DNA of 33,030 bases, from positions 22,348,645 to 22,381,674 of the forward strand of contig NC_069000.1 of assembly GCF_001194135.2 (NCBI RefSeq), read 5' to 3'. The stretch's first letter is position 1. Every line of letters begins with the position of its first letter. A program made the position numbers and the translations under genes. Positions 22,274 to 33,030 of the stretch are shown one piece after another. Source of the stretch: Octopus bimaculoides (taxonomy: Eukaryota). The notes under the pieces were generated by a model that searched no databases, was not told the DNA's origin, and saw only the letters and a list, made by a program, of their open reading frames with translations.

Positions 22274-23195
22274 TGCATTATATACACATATCCAATGAGA
22301 TCATCCATGTCAGCTTGCATAAATGTGTGCGTACTTACTTTTGAACACACACATATCAGTACACAAACAATATGCATATAGCTATGCACATACACACACC
22401 CACACATGTTCACACAAGAGTGTGTGTATGTGTGTGTGTGTGTTATCACCTGTCAATCAAATGTACAAGCTGCAATGAAATTGGATATTGTACAAAAAAA
22501 AGTCAAGTCACAAAAGTATACATGTAAACATAGAATACTCACACACACAAACATGTAAACTAATACAAAACACTCACAGCGCACACATGTAAAGGGCAAA
22601 CACACACACACACACACATGCGCAAAGGACAAACACACCCATACATCCACCTACACACATAAGCAAAGGATAAATACACCCACACGTCAATCTATCAATT
22701 CCAGCTGCCTGATCACAATTGGTGTTATCAAGGATTTTTTTAACAGTGAGGAAATCAGAGAGATTCAAAGAATGTGTGTGTGTGTGTGTGTGTGTCTGAG
22801 AGAGAGAGAGAGCGAATGGATAGGTAGAATAAAACATCATACACATAAGCTCAGTAAAAGAGAGGAGGCATTTGGAAAGAAAGAAAATGAAGAAACAGGA
22901 TGTTTGTATGAAGGGCTGGTGGTGGTGGTAGTGGTGGTGGGAGTAGTAGCAGCAACAGCAGTAGTAATATAAAGGCAGCTAAAATTATATTGTACCTACT
23001 TTACTCGCTTCATAGCACTTTAACTAGTTTATGTATGTATGTGTGTGTGTATATATATATATATATATACACACACACATCAAAAATANNNNNNNNNNNN
23101 NNNNNNNNNNNNNNNNNNNNNNNNNNNNATATATATATGTATTTATGCATATGTATATATGTATGCATATATACATGTGTGTGTATATATGTATG

Positions 23196-23243
<48 letters not shown>

Positions 23244-24070
23244 TATATACACACACACATAAGGGATATTTATATACTACTGAGGCGTATGTGTGTGCGT
23301 ATATATGTATACACACACACAGGGTGTCTATATACTTTTGAGATGTTTGTGGGTTATGTATGTGTGTGTGTGTGTATCTACCTTGTTTATCATTTTGTCC
23401 ATGTTCTTTTGCCACGTCATGTACCCAGTTTTGTATCTATATGTACATGTAGATGAAGGTATGTACATACATGTACATATATATGCATATACTCATATAT
23501 TGTTTATATATATATATATATATATATATACAAATATATACATATATACATATATATATATCTGAAATGATTAAATATCTACAATTGCTGCCGTTGAAGT
23601 TGTTGCCTATGAATCCTCCAAGTTTGACTTTCTTCTCAGAACACAAGAGATACACTAGAGTGGATTGATATAACTTCACCACCACCACCACCATCATCAT
23701 AATCACCATCAATATTATTAATACCATCACCAATATCATTAGCATTATTATTTTTATTGAAGGCTTTTGCTTCATTTTCTTTCTTTCCCACTCACTTTCC
23801 ACTTCCATACGTATGTGTGTGTGTGTGTGTGTNNNNNNNNNNTACAAAAAAAAAAAAAGAAAAAGAAAAAAAATTAAAATAACAGAAATCTAAATCAATA
23901 AAAAAAAACTTTGTTCCTAATATAAATATTTGAACTGTGTTATATTTACTGAATAGAAAAAGGAAAATGCGTTTACCTGAATTATGTTTTATTCTAATGT
24001 TTGTGTGTGTGTGTGTGTGTGCACATACATATGTGCATATATGTGCATATGTGTATATATTTATTTATTT
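22200..24070. repeat. Dense (TA)n/(CA)n/(TG)n/(GA)n and trinucleotide microsatellite region with three N gaps
   Basis: Directly visible; the source of the YI/CV/TH-repeat ORFs in the track. Confidence 0.95.
22687..22750 (-). mobile_element. Tiny LINE RT fragment (pre-RT 'KA.G.D' motif)
   Basis: LTVKKILDNTNCDQAAGIDRL resembles the CR1/L2/Jockey-group V.KIL..L...KAAGIDNL. Confidence 0.35.
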
Positions 24071-24099
24071 ATTGTAAGTATATAAAATGTGTTAATATG

Positions 24100-24490
24100 A
24101 AAGAGGAGTGAGAGGAAGTTCCATGAAAGGAAGAGAAACAATAGAAGCTATAGAGATGAAGGGGAGGAGAGTCAGAGAGAGAGGGAGAGGAGGGAGAGAT
24201 AGAGAGAGAGAGAAAGAAATGCAGGGTGTGAGAGGGATAAAAAGAGGAAGATAAAACAACAAAGAAAAAAACAGTTAAAATAAGAGAAAGAGGAAAAAAA
24301 AACCAGAGTTGAACTAGAAAGGGAATAAAAATAAATAAAGCAAGAATAGGGAAGAAATAGAGTTAAAACAGAATTATGAAAAAGGGAGAAGGAAAGAAAG
24401 AAAGAAACATGACCTAAACGAATGAAGGGGATGTAGAAATGTGCAGTGAAAAAATATAAAACATGAGAGAAATATATTGAAAGAGAAGGA
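24100..24490. repeat. Purine-rich (AG/AAAG) low-complexity tract
   Basis: Strongly A/G-biased plus strand; a similar tract lies at 13970-14300. Confidence 0.85.
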
Positions 24491-24494
24491 CAAT

Positions 24495-24690
24495 GCATAA
24501 CAGCTTATGTATTTTTGTTTCATCATTGTCCTGGGTGGGACAGCTTGACAGAAGCTGGTGAGCCGGAGGACTGTGCCAAACCCTACCTTCTGTTTTGGCA
24601 TGGTTTCTATAACTGGACGCCCTTCCTAATGCATGTACTGGATGCTTTTTGAATGGCGCCAGCACCAGTGGGACTCACCAAGTAACATGC
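24495..24690 (-). mobile_element. RTE-type tail / SINE module (reverse)
   Basis: GGCATGGTTTCTA.AACTGGACGCCCTTCCTAATGC is the reverse complement of the TTAGGAAGGGC.TCCAG motif. Confidence 0.55.
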
Positions 24691-24834
24691 AAGCCTAGTT
24701 TGAAGGCTGTTGAAAAGGCAGGCCAATACTCATAGCTTTTTCAGTTTAAGCATAACTTTACCATTCAAGAATCGACACGGAAAGACCAAAACAGTTTCCA
24801 ATTAACTGAAGCAACACATGTAAGCCTGAATGTA

Positions 24835-25240
24835 TTCTTTTACTTGTTTCAATCATTTGATTGTGGCCATGCTGGAGCACTATCTTAAAGGGGTTTTAGT
24901 TGAAGAAATTGAGACAAATTCTTTCCAAGTGTCATACTTATTCTATCGGTCACTTTTGCCAAACCACTATGTTACGGGGATGTAAACACACCAACATTTG
25001 TTGTCAAGCAATGGTGGGGGGACAAACACAGACACAAAGACACACACACATATACATATGTGTGTGTGTGTGTGTGTGTGTGTGACAGACTTTTTTCAGT
25101 TTCTGTCTACCAAATCCACTCACAAAGCTTTGGTCGGTCTGAGGCTATAGTAAATGACACTTGTCCAAGGTGCTATGCTGTGGGACTGAACCCAAAGTCA
25201 TGTGGTTGGGAAGTAAGCTTCTTACCACACAACCATGTGA
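24835..25240 (-). mobile_element. Composite tRNA-head SINE (reverse, full length)
   Basis: Colinear with 14677-15067. Confidence 0.85.
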
Positions 25241-25329
25241 TGAGGAAGAGTGATTTCTTTTTGATTTTTTTACTTAGATTTGAAAAAAAAGGATTGTACC
25301 CATGCCCTTTGTAGACCCTCAGAGATGTT

Positions 25330-25800
25330 CTTTCTGAATAGTTTTATGTCAATCATTAGCAGTGGGGAACAAAATCTCAAGTAAGGAGGGAATTTCAGAG
25401 GGATAACATTCATGGAATGAAGGAAGGACCAAGGAACTGTAATTAGTACAGAGCCGAGGTAGAGAGGCAGGAGACAAGTGTGCTTGAGTAGAGTTGGTAT
25501 GAGACTAAACCAGTTACCAGGAGCAGAAACAATTGCATCAAGGACAGAAAAAAGTAGTGATTTGATTGTCTATTGAATCAACTATGGTTAGTTGAATCAC
25601 TCAGGATAAAACCATCAGTAAAATCAGTGTTTAGATGTCTGATGAAACCAATCTTTAATCACTCTTGATCTTCATGGTGAGCACTTTCCTTGTTACAGCT
25701 CATCAGAACAGAATTTTGGTAATCAGTGACCTTGCATGGGGGTTCCATGACCCTGCCCAGTGTAGTTAAGACTACACTAGTATGGGGTGGCCAAGCCTAC
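25330..25800 (-). mobile_element. Decayed LINE RT 3' fragment (Jockey/CR1/L2 group); may extend to ~26230 beyond a SINE at 25830-25990
   Basis: SWNPHARSL..AVTRKV and SFIP*MLSL*NSL correspond to the SW..HI.....A..KL and SF.PRT..LWNSLP motifs. Confidence 0.55.
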
Positions 25801-26958
25801 TCAGGCAAGTACTCCAGAGTCTGGAATGTGTTGGCATGATTGTGTGGTTAAGAAGTTTATTGAGCAACTATGAGCCTCTTGAGTGTCTTCCACCATAACT
25901 TTGGACTGACCACTGCTTTATAAGTGAAATTTGGTGGATGGAAACTGAACAGAAGCCCATCATGTGCATTTGTGTGAGTGGATCTGTTTGCTTCTTTCTG
26001 TCTTCACATTGACGCCATTTGAGCAGTGACGTAATGTCTCCCATAAGCAATAAGTCCTGTGACTTGGCAGTTTTGGTTTCAACATGAAAAAACAAGTGGA
26101 ATAAAAAATACATCTTACTTGAAAAAACAAATATTGGCAGCCAGTCATAGAGTACAGAATTGGCCCTTCACTCAAGGAGCATGTTGAGACATTTGAATGA
26201 GACAAGTGACATGGCTGAGTTGTTATGCAGTTCACTTAAAACTACATAACTTGGGGTTTCCAACCCATTACATGGCACTTTGCGCAAATAACCTAAACCA
26301 TAGTCTCAGGTCAACCAAAGTGAAATTTTATAGGTAGAAACTTTGTGGAAGGTTCTCAGCGGGAACACTCCGATTCTACACTTTACCCATTACCCTGTTT
26401 AGCCACTGCCTGATCTTTAAGTAACTTTTGCATGGGTGCCTCTTATGTGTCACCAGCACAGGTGCATTTCATGTGTCACTGACACTGGCCACAGCTACAA
26501 TTTTACTTAGCTTGACATGTCTTTTCAAGCACTTATTACAAGGAATGTGGACCAAGCAAATTCAGAGACTTGGCTTTTGATAATGCAAGTATTAACACTC
26601 AATTATATTAACTCCAATATTTGATTGGTACTTCATTTTAGTCAAATATATGGCCTTAGTTCTTATTTATTTAAAGCCTGGTAGTTATTCTACCGGTTTC
26701 CTTTGCTGAACCATTAAGTTATGGGGAAATTAACAAACCTGCACTGAACATAGAACATTAAAGGCTAGAACTAAATACTGCAAGGCCTTTTTCTGCCAAA
26801 TGCTCAGAAGAATCTGCCAATTCACCACCATGCCAATTCCACCATAGGTGGAATTACAATGACAAATTCAGAGACATTCAATAATAGAAGCTATCATCTT
26901 CGTCGGCAGTTGTATCTTCAACCAAATATGAGTGAAATCTAATGTGAAACAAATTGGA

Positions 26959-26997
<39 letters not shown>

Positions 26998-27507
26998 ATC
27001 ATGCTCAGTATCCCAACAAACTGGCTGTTGAAAAGCTTGAGCCCTATGACCTTAAGGGCAGCAATCCAACCCCTTTAATTTCATAGAGACAATATTGATT
27101 AAAATTATGAAAGCGTGTACAAGGGATGTATTCACTTTTCACCTTCAAATAAATAACATTCATGTTTTACTCTTGTTACTAAATTCTCAGACAGTTATTT
27201 ATTCACAACTAGAAATGTTTTTAGACATACGTAGATTTTGGAAGATCAGGTGTTGCTAGTTCTCTCATTTATACAAAGGAGTAATGGATTAGAAATAGGA
27301 TTATGAATAAAGTCAATGCAGACAAGAAGAGAAGATCACTGAATCAACACAGATGGTGGTGGTGGTGGTGGTGGTTAGTTATATATATGCCTGTGTATGT
27401 GTGTGTGTGTGTTATGTTCTTGTACTAGGGTAAACACTTTACCAAGGTTAGGAACAACACATACAAGCATTAACACACACATGCACATATATGTATGTAT
27501 ATATGTG

Positions 27508-27539
<32 letters not shown>

Positions 27540-27559
27540 TATATACACACAGACAAATA

Positions 27560-27735
27560 CAGATGCAGGTGTGGTCCGTGGTTATGAGGTTTGCTTCTCA
27601 ATCATGGCTGCTTTTTAGGTTCAGGCCGACTGTGTGGTATCCTGGGTAAGTGTTTTCAACTGTAGCCCCAGGTTGATCAAAGCCTTCTGAATGGATTTGG
27701 TAGACGGAAGATGAAAGAAACCAGTTGTGTGTGTA
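27560..27735 (+). mobile_element. tRNA-head SINE fragment
   Basis: GTGTGGTCCGTGGTTATGAGGTTTGCTTCTC..AGGTTCAGGCC..GGATTTGGTAGACGGAAG. Confidence 0.65.
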
Positions 27736-28642
27736 CATTGTATATATATATATACACACGTATAATTGAAAAAATTCGTTATAGGTATAAAGATACCATA
27801 AACAAGTATAAAAATGGAGAAAATATGTTAAAATCAAAATTGAGTTTAATACAAAATTGAACTCAATACATATGCATGTTTCAAAAGACAATACAAATAT
27901 TTAAGAAAAAATAATAATAATAATAATAATTAGAGTTATACATTGTCATTCTCATCAGTGTGAAGAATTTTTAGGAAGAACATCAAAAAGGTTATTAATA
28001 AAATTTAATAAGGAAAAACAGATGGGGTAATAGGGAAAAATAATAATAAGAGAGATGAAAAAGAAAGACATCAATGTGTATGCAAGTCTATTTGTGCAAT
28101 AAACTATAACTTAAAAAGTCTAACGGATATATTTAAGAAATAGTAAAAGATTGAGACGAAACATAACGTAAACAAAAACACGTGTGTCCAGCAGATATAA
28201 ACAACACATTCACTCAAAGACAAAAGCCATAGAGTCATACGTATACATAGTTATATTGAAAACGAAAAAAAAAAAAAAATATTATTAGAAGCTTCTAGCT
28301 AAATAACAAAACTATATTTAAATTGATTCAATATTTGAACATATATGATTCATTCAAAAAAAATCTCCCACTCAAAAATTGCCCGGCTCAGGGGAGACAT
28401 TCAAAAATGAATAAGAAACAAATATATGAAGGAAAAACTATTAATTCACAAGGAATAAATACGTATACACCTAACACATAAGAATATACACACATACTCA
28501 CACATAAACACACACACACACTCTCTCACACATACGCATACATGCGTGCATGTGAAGATAGAAACATAATATAACAAATACGTATTCAAATAAATTGCCT
28601 ACACCTATTCATACATATACATACATACATATATATATATAT

Positions 28643-28785
28643 GGCATTAGGAAGGGCATCCAGCTGTAGAAACTCTGTCAAATCAGATTGGAGCCTGGTG
28701 TAGTCATCTGGCTCACCAGTCCTCAGTCAAATCGTCCAACCCATGCTAGCATGGAAAGCAGACGTTAAATGATGATGATGATGAT
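28643..28785 (+). mobile_element. RTE-type 3' tail with (GAT)n end
   Basis: GGCATTAGGAAGGGCATCCAGCTGTAGAAAC..CAGTCAAATCGTCCAACCCATGCTAGCATGGAAAGCAGACGTTAAATGATGATG; its reverse complement matches 4678-4755. Confidence 0.75.
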
Positions 28786-29004
28786 ATATATGAATGTATG
28801 CACATGTGCATGTATGTATGAATGTTTGTCTTCTTGTCATGGCATCACATGATTGTTGTAAATGAATGCCAATATTTTGCAAGTTTCCATGGAGAAAAAT
28901 AACTATAGAAAATCTGCCTCAATATATTTGATAATTTTCTATTTCAGTCAGTACCGATATTACTTATATATGCAAACTTGGCTGTATACAAAATGTTAAA
29001 GTTA

Positions 29005-29245
29005 GCTTCCTGCATCATGCCGACTCATAAGCGCCGGTTTCCTGATTTCCATGAAGTAAAATTTGCCAGCTGGATGGGACGCTGATCTGTCGCAGGATCA
29101 CTCATGTTTGCCAGCTGAGTAGACAGGAGCAATGTGAAACGAAGTGTTCTGCTCAAGAACACAATGCGTCGGCGAGTCCAGGAATTGAAACCACAATCTT
29201 ATGATCATGAGTTCAACACCCTATCCACTAAGCTACACACCTCCA
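29005..29245 (-). mobile_element. tRNA-derived SINE with conserved-core-like centre (reverse)
   Basis: Minus strand GTGTAGCTTAGTGGATAGG..GGTTTCAATTCC head; CACATTGCTCCTGTCTACTCAGCTGG core; CCTGCGACAGATCAGCGTCCCATCCAG. Confidence 0.7.
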
Positions 29246-29399
29246 AGCTTGGCTGTATGGTTAAGAAGTTTACTTTGCAGCTAAGTGATTTTGAATTCAG
29301 TCCCACTACATGACATCTAGGGTCCAAGGTCAACCAATGCCTTGTGAGTGAAATTGGCAGACAGAATTATATATTATATGCTCACGTGGTTACCCCAGT

Positions 29400-32300
29400 T
29401 TGATCCTGACTGATCTTCCTACTTTTTGGAGTTGCATATCTGAACCACTTCCCAAACTTTCAGCCCCTCTCCTCATTCACATACTAGCACTCCACCCGGA
29501 TTACCACTGGATCTACTGACTCTGCCTCACGGATTTGTTTCATTGATGTAAATCGCTCCAATCTACCATGACTTTTGAACTTTTATACTCCATACTTTAA
29601 TAATTTGCCATTCTCTCTCCTTTTTTTCTTTTTCACTTTTTCCAGCATGCCTAATTACAAACCCTTCCTCCTCCACCTTCACCACCGCCTTTCCGCTGCT
29701 TTCAACTTTCTATTAATCTTTCCCTACTGCTTTTCAAGAAAACATGCTTCTGTAATCATGTTTCCTTTCTCAGTCGCTGCCTTCACCACCACTTTATCTC
29801 CAAAGGTTTCTGCCTCCATTCTGCCTCTGCCATCCTACCCATACTCTGCACCACTTCCTACTGCCTTCTCCCTCTTGCTTATTCCACCATTTCGTCCTGT
29901 TGCACATTCCACCTTATCCTTCATACTCCATCTAAACGACCTTTCCCATGACTTTCTTGATCACACTAAACAACATAAACTCCACTCACTCTTTCATCCT
30001 GTCCTACCCGATGCCACTACGCCCACCCCTCCTCCTCACCCTCACATTACTCCAACCCTCCTCTTTCTCCTCCCAGCCTTCCACTGCCTCTGCCACCCCT
30101 CCCACATCTAACTCCTCCTCCTCCCCACTTCAGTTTGTTGTTACCATTCCTCCGGATCTTCCCCTCTCTGAGGCAGAGCGCTCTCTTCTCAGTAAGGGTC
30201 TGCACTTCATCTCCCTCACTCCATCCAGTAATGAGTTCCAGATCTGTGTTGATACTCATAGCTTTGTGTGTTGCATCAGGCTACGTGCACTATTCCACAA
30301 CACTCCACCTGCATCTAATGAAGAGGACTGCTTCACCAACCTGGGCCACTGACCATCTCACAGGACACCAGCTCCTGGCCATTTCCAAGCATCTGCCAAT
30401 GTGTTGTGGACCGGTTCAACTTTTGCAGGCATCCCCAACATTTTAACATCTCCCCAGCCAAACTTTCAGCCCTTCAATGTCTCTGACACTGCAAAGATAT
30501 CGTCATAAAACTGACTAACAAGGTTGGAGCTGTGGGGGTTTGGTGCACAGACCTTTACAAGGCAGAAGCTCTCCACCAACTTCAAGACACCTTCTATTGC
30601 TCTCTGCCCTCCAACCCCACACCTAACTACCAACAAGCTGCGTCCTCCATTATTCGTGACCTCGTTTCCTCCTCCCACCGCCTCTAACCTCATTGTCTGC
30701 ACTCTACTATTTACTTCCTTCCCAAAACTCACAAGCCCAACAAACCTGGCTGCCCCATCATCTCTGCCTGCAACTGCCCCACAGGAATGATCTCCAAATA
30801 TCTCGACTATGTCCTTGCCCCCCCCCTCCCACATTCATGCTCTTTGGCTCTTTAACACTTTCTCCTTCCCTTCTGGCCCCTCTAAATTTCTGTTCACTCT
30901 TGATATCAAGAGTCTATATATGGTGATCCCACACAACAAAGGACTTCTTGCCCTCAAACACTTCCTAGACCTTCGACCCAACCCCGAACCTGACATGTCC
31001 ACACTTCTTCGTCTGGCCAAACTTGTTCTCTCCCTAAACTGCTCATTTGCAATTAACTTCTCCTCCCACCCTATTCACACCAAGCTCTCCATCCCCTACT
31101 CCCAATTCCTCCATCTGTGCAGGCTCTGCAGTAATAACCATAACTTTGAAACTCATGGTTCACCACTTCATCCTGCATGGATATCCCCTCACCACGTTCC
31201 ACACTACCCTTGCCAGGGCACGATCTGTGGACCATGCCTCTGCTCTTTCCCGTCACACCCACCCCACCGTTGCCTGTCTCCCCTCACCTACCACCTCTCC
31301 AACACACCATTCCCTAAACCTGCTAGCGACTCCAGTCCAACTCCTCCACCTCACACATCTTCCCCAACCTACCCCTTCCCTTTTTCAAATGAGCCCATGA
31401 CCTATGTGACTTCCTTGTCCACAGTTTCTTCCCTAACTCATTTCCCTGCTCCCACCCACACTAACGCACCTGCTTCTTCTCCAACACCATCCTCCTCAGA
31501 GACACCCATCATCATCCCTATCACATCACCGACTCCTTTACCTGCACTTCTAGTAACGTCATTTACTGCATCTCCTGCTCTCTCTGTCCTTCCCTGTACA
31601 TCAGTCAAATGGGATGCCACCTAGCTGACCAGACCACGGAGCACCTCTAAGACATCAGACTTAGTAATGACACCCTGGTCTCACACCATTTCCGCTCTAC
31701 TGGACATTCACTACAACAGCTATGTTCTGACTGTCTTTGCACAGAGGCCATCTGGACTCCTGCCTTCGCCGTGAACAGGAATTAATCTTCTCTCTTCGCT
31801 CCTTTGCACCACATGGGCTCAACTCATCTCCTCTCTTCATCTGACACCAACCTCACCTCTCTTCATTTGATACCAATTCCACACACTAGCACCAACCACT
31901 TCCCAGCACCCACACCCACACATAATCTTCAATAGTGTCACCACACATACCACTATATATGAACAGCCACACACACTATTTAACTCAGTACACACACCAC
32001 ACAAGCACATAATACTTGAACACAGACAATACATACTCCCATGCACACACAAACACATAATACCTGAACACAGGCTATATATACACACGCACTCAATACA
32101 CATTAACACATGCAACATACAAAGATAACTTTCGCCCACATATATACACCATACACATGCATACTGTCTGGTCACAGACACACATGCTCACACCATGTGT
32201 AATAGCACACATCAACTGCTATACACAACACACACACACATCAGAGTCACTCGCCCCTATCCACACACTATTCTCACATACACGCAAACCTTCTCTTGTT

Positions 32301-32563
32301 GGGATCACTAGCACTTTCATCTCCCTTTCATTCAACCTCTTTTTTTTTATTAACTCCCCTTCTTTCAACCTCTTTTTTTCCAATCATTCGCCATGTTGGA
32401 CTGCTGAAATCTATAAGTTTCTTTCATTCTCTCTCTGTTTATTTTCTTTTCTTCCTTTTTGTTAAAGAGTGTAGGCTCAAAACGTAAAAGACTTTTTCAT
32501 TTTTCCTGAGTATCAAACTAATACATCTGCTTGTCTTTTGTTTTTCAATAAATTTCATCTATA
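29400..32563 (+). mobile_element. Near full-length but inactivated Penelope-like element (Neptune-like RT + GIY-YIG, 3' pseudo-LTR with hammerhead relic)
   Basis: VVTIPPDLPLSEAERSLLSKGLHF; YFLPKTHKPNKPGCPIISAC; LFTLDIKSLY..IPH; SHP.HTKLSIPYSQFL.L.RLCS; FTCTSSNVIYCISCSLC..LYI.Q; REQELIFSLRSFAPHGLNSSPLFI* (stop 31842-31844). Many stops and frameshifts. 5' boundary approximate. Confidence 0.92.
32456..32492 (+). ncRNA. Degenerate minimal hammerhead ribozyme in the PLE pseudo-LTR
   Basis: TTTTTG-TTAAAGA-G-TGTAGGCT-C-AAAAC-GTA-AAAGA versus canonical CTGANGA-G..C-GAAAC-..NUH; the core carries mutations. Confidence 0.55.
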
Positions 32564-32601
32564 GGAGCAGAAGTGGGTGTGTGACAAGTAGCATTGCTTA
32601 C

Positions 32602-32612
32602 CTGGAGGACAT
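32602..32612 (-). CDS. Probable first coding exon (M-S-S-R/S) of a minus-strand gene
   Basis: aaaaaaccATG TCC TCC AG|gtaagc: good Kozak-like context and a consensus donor, in locally CpG-retaining unique sequence. Confidence 0.55.
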
Positions 32613-32666
32613 GGTTTTTTGTCGCTCCTGCTTCACGTCACTGAATGCCAGCGTCGTGAATTTTTG

Positions 32667-32680
32667 ATGTACAACTACAG
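32667..32680 (+). CDS. Probable first exon end (possibly coding M-Y-N-Y-R/S) of a divergent plus-strand gene
   Basis: ATG TAC AAC TAC AG|gtaaga with a consensus donor, followed by a T-rich intron start. The ATG context is weak, so the exon may be non-coding. Confidence 0.45.
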
Positions 32681-33030
32681 GTAAGACTTTTGTGTTTTTT
32701 GGGATTTAGTGGGGGTTTGTTGCTCGTATTTATTTATATTTATGTCGAACAAGAAATCTCCACTGAATTTTGTCTGCCGGTGGTTGTGCTTAATGTCTCA
32801 CTTAGCTGTGAGAAGAGTGTTTTGGAGGTATCACGCCTCCAAAAATTGTGAACTTGGTTTGTAAAGGTTTGTTGTTTTCAAGCCGTGAATTGAGAACTAC
32901 AAATGAATATTGTGAACTTTGTTTAAAACAGAAAAGGAATTTATTGTTTTCAAACCAAGTTTTGAAAGCTAATAAATTTAAAGAAAAGTCTTTCTCTTGC
33001 TTTGAACTACACCACGTGGAACTACGCAAA

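Larger units (their letters stand above)
32565..33030. promoter_or_regulatory. Candidate bidirectional promoter / overlapping 5' ends
   Basis: Unique sequence with retained CpGs (4 within 32620-32660), a CRE/E-box-like TCACGTCA at 32633-32640, CACGTG near 33013, and outward-facing donors. Confidence 0.45.

Noticed and set aside
22157-23847. Many overlapping ORFs rich in YI/CV/TH/HT repeats (also at 1735, 5349, 15640, 27397, 31837)
   Set aside because: These are translations of (TA)n/(CA)n/(TG)n microsatellites, some spanning N gaps.
25767-26855. Short perfect hairpins (AGTGTAGT/ACTACACT at about 25767-25786; AATTCCACC/GGTGGAATT at 26835-26855)
   Set aside because: Stems of 8-9 bp can occur by chance in 33 kb of AT-rich DNA, and there is no supporting context.
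1085-29245. A/B-box motifs as tRNA genes
   Set aside because: All are SINE heads lacking a complete cloverleaf and continuing into SINE bodies.
29575-31624. Long ORFs of 178, 134 and 271 aa as host genes
   Set aside because: They are frameshifted pieces or shadows of the Penelope-like ORF.
32565-32666. Plus-strand frame SRSGCVTSSIAYLEDMVFCRSCFTSLNASVVNF* after an acceptor-like site
   Set aside because: The apparent acceptor is the natural pyrimidine-rich end of the PLE pseudo-LTR, and the frame overlaps the better-supported divergent first exons; no family recognised.

Overview
AT-rich, microsatellite-laden metazoan genomic DNA with three N gaps (22222-22231, 23099-23128, 23833-23842). The SINE and MITE families look like those of octopus or another coleoid cephalopod; this is inference from recognised repeat motifs, not a search. 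Most of the window is intronic or intergenic transposon debris: a decayed Helentron/Helitron2-type Rep, probably intron-containing (1-1523, minus); an R4-like REL LINE end; four Penelope-like (PLE) relics carrying degenerate hammerhead ribozyme motifs, one near full length (29400-32563) with its RT core deleted; two maT/DD37D-type elements; a mariner fragment; a Ty3/Gypsy gag fragment; hAT- and piggyBac-type MITEs; LINE RT scraps; and more than 15 tRNA-head SINE pieces. Host-gene signal is limited. At 32602-32680 two short ATG-bearing exons with consensus donors face away from each other, 54 bp apart. A chain of small, phase-compatible minus-strand exon candidates (18.7, 10.9, 8.9, 8.6 kb) could encode an unrecognised ~109-aa protein. 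Most ORFs in the supplied track are microsatellite or antisense artefacts. I saw no CRISPR array, rRNA or functional tRNA gene.
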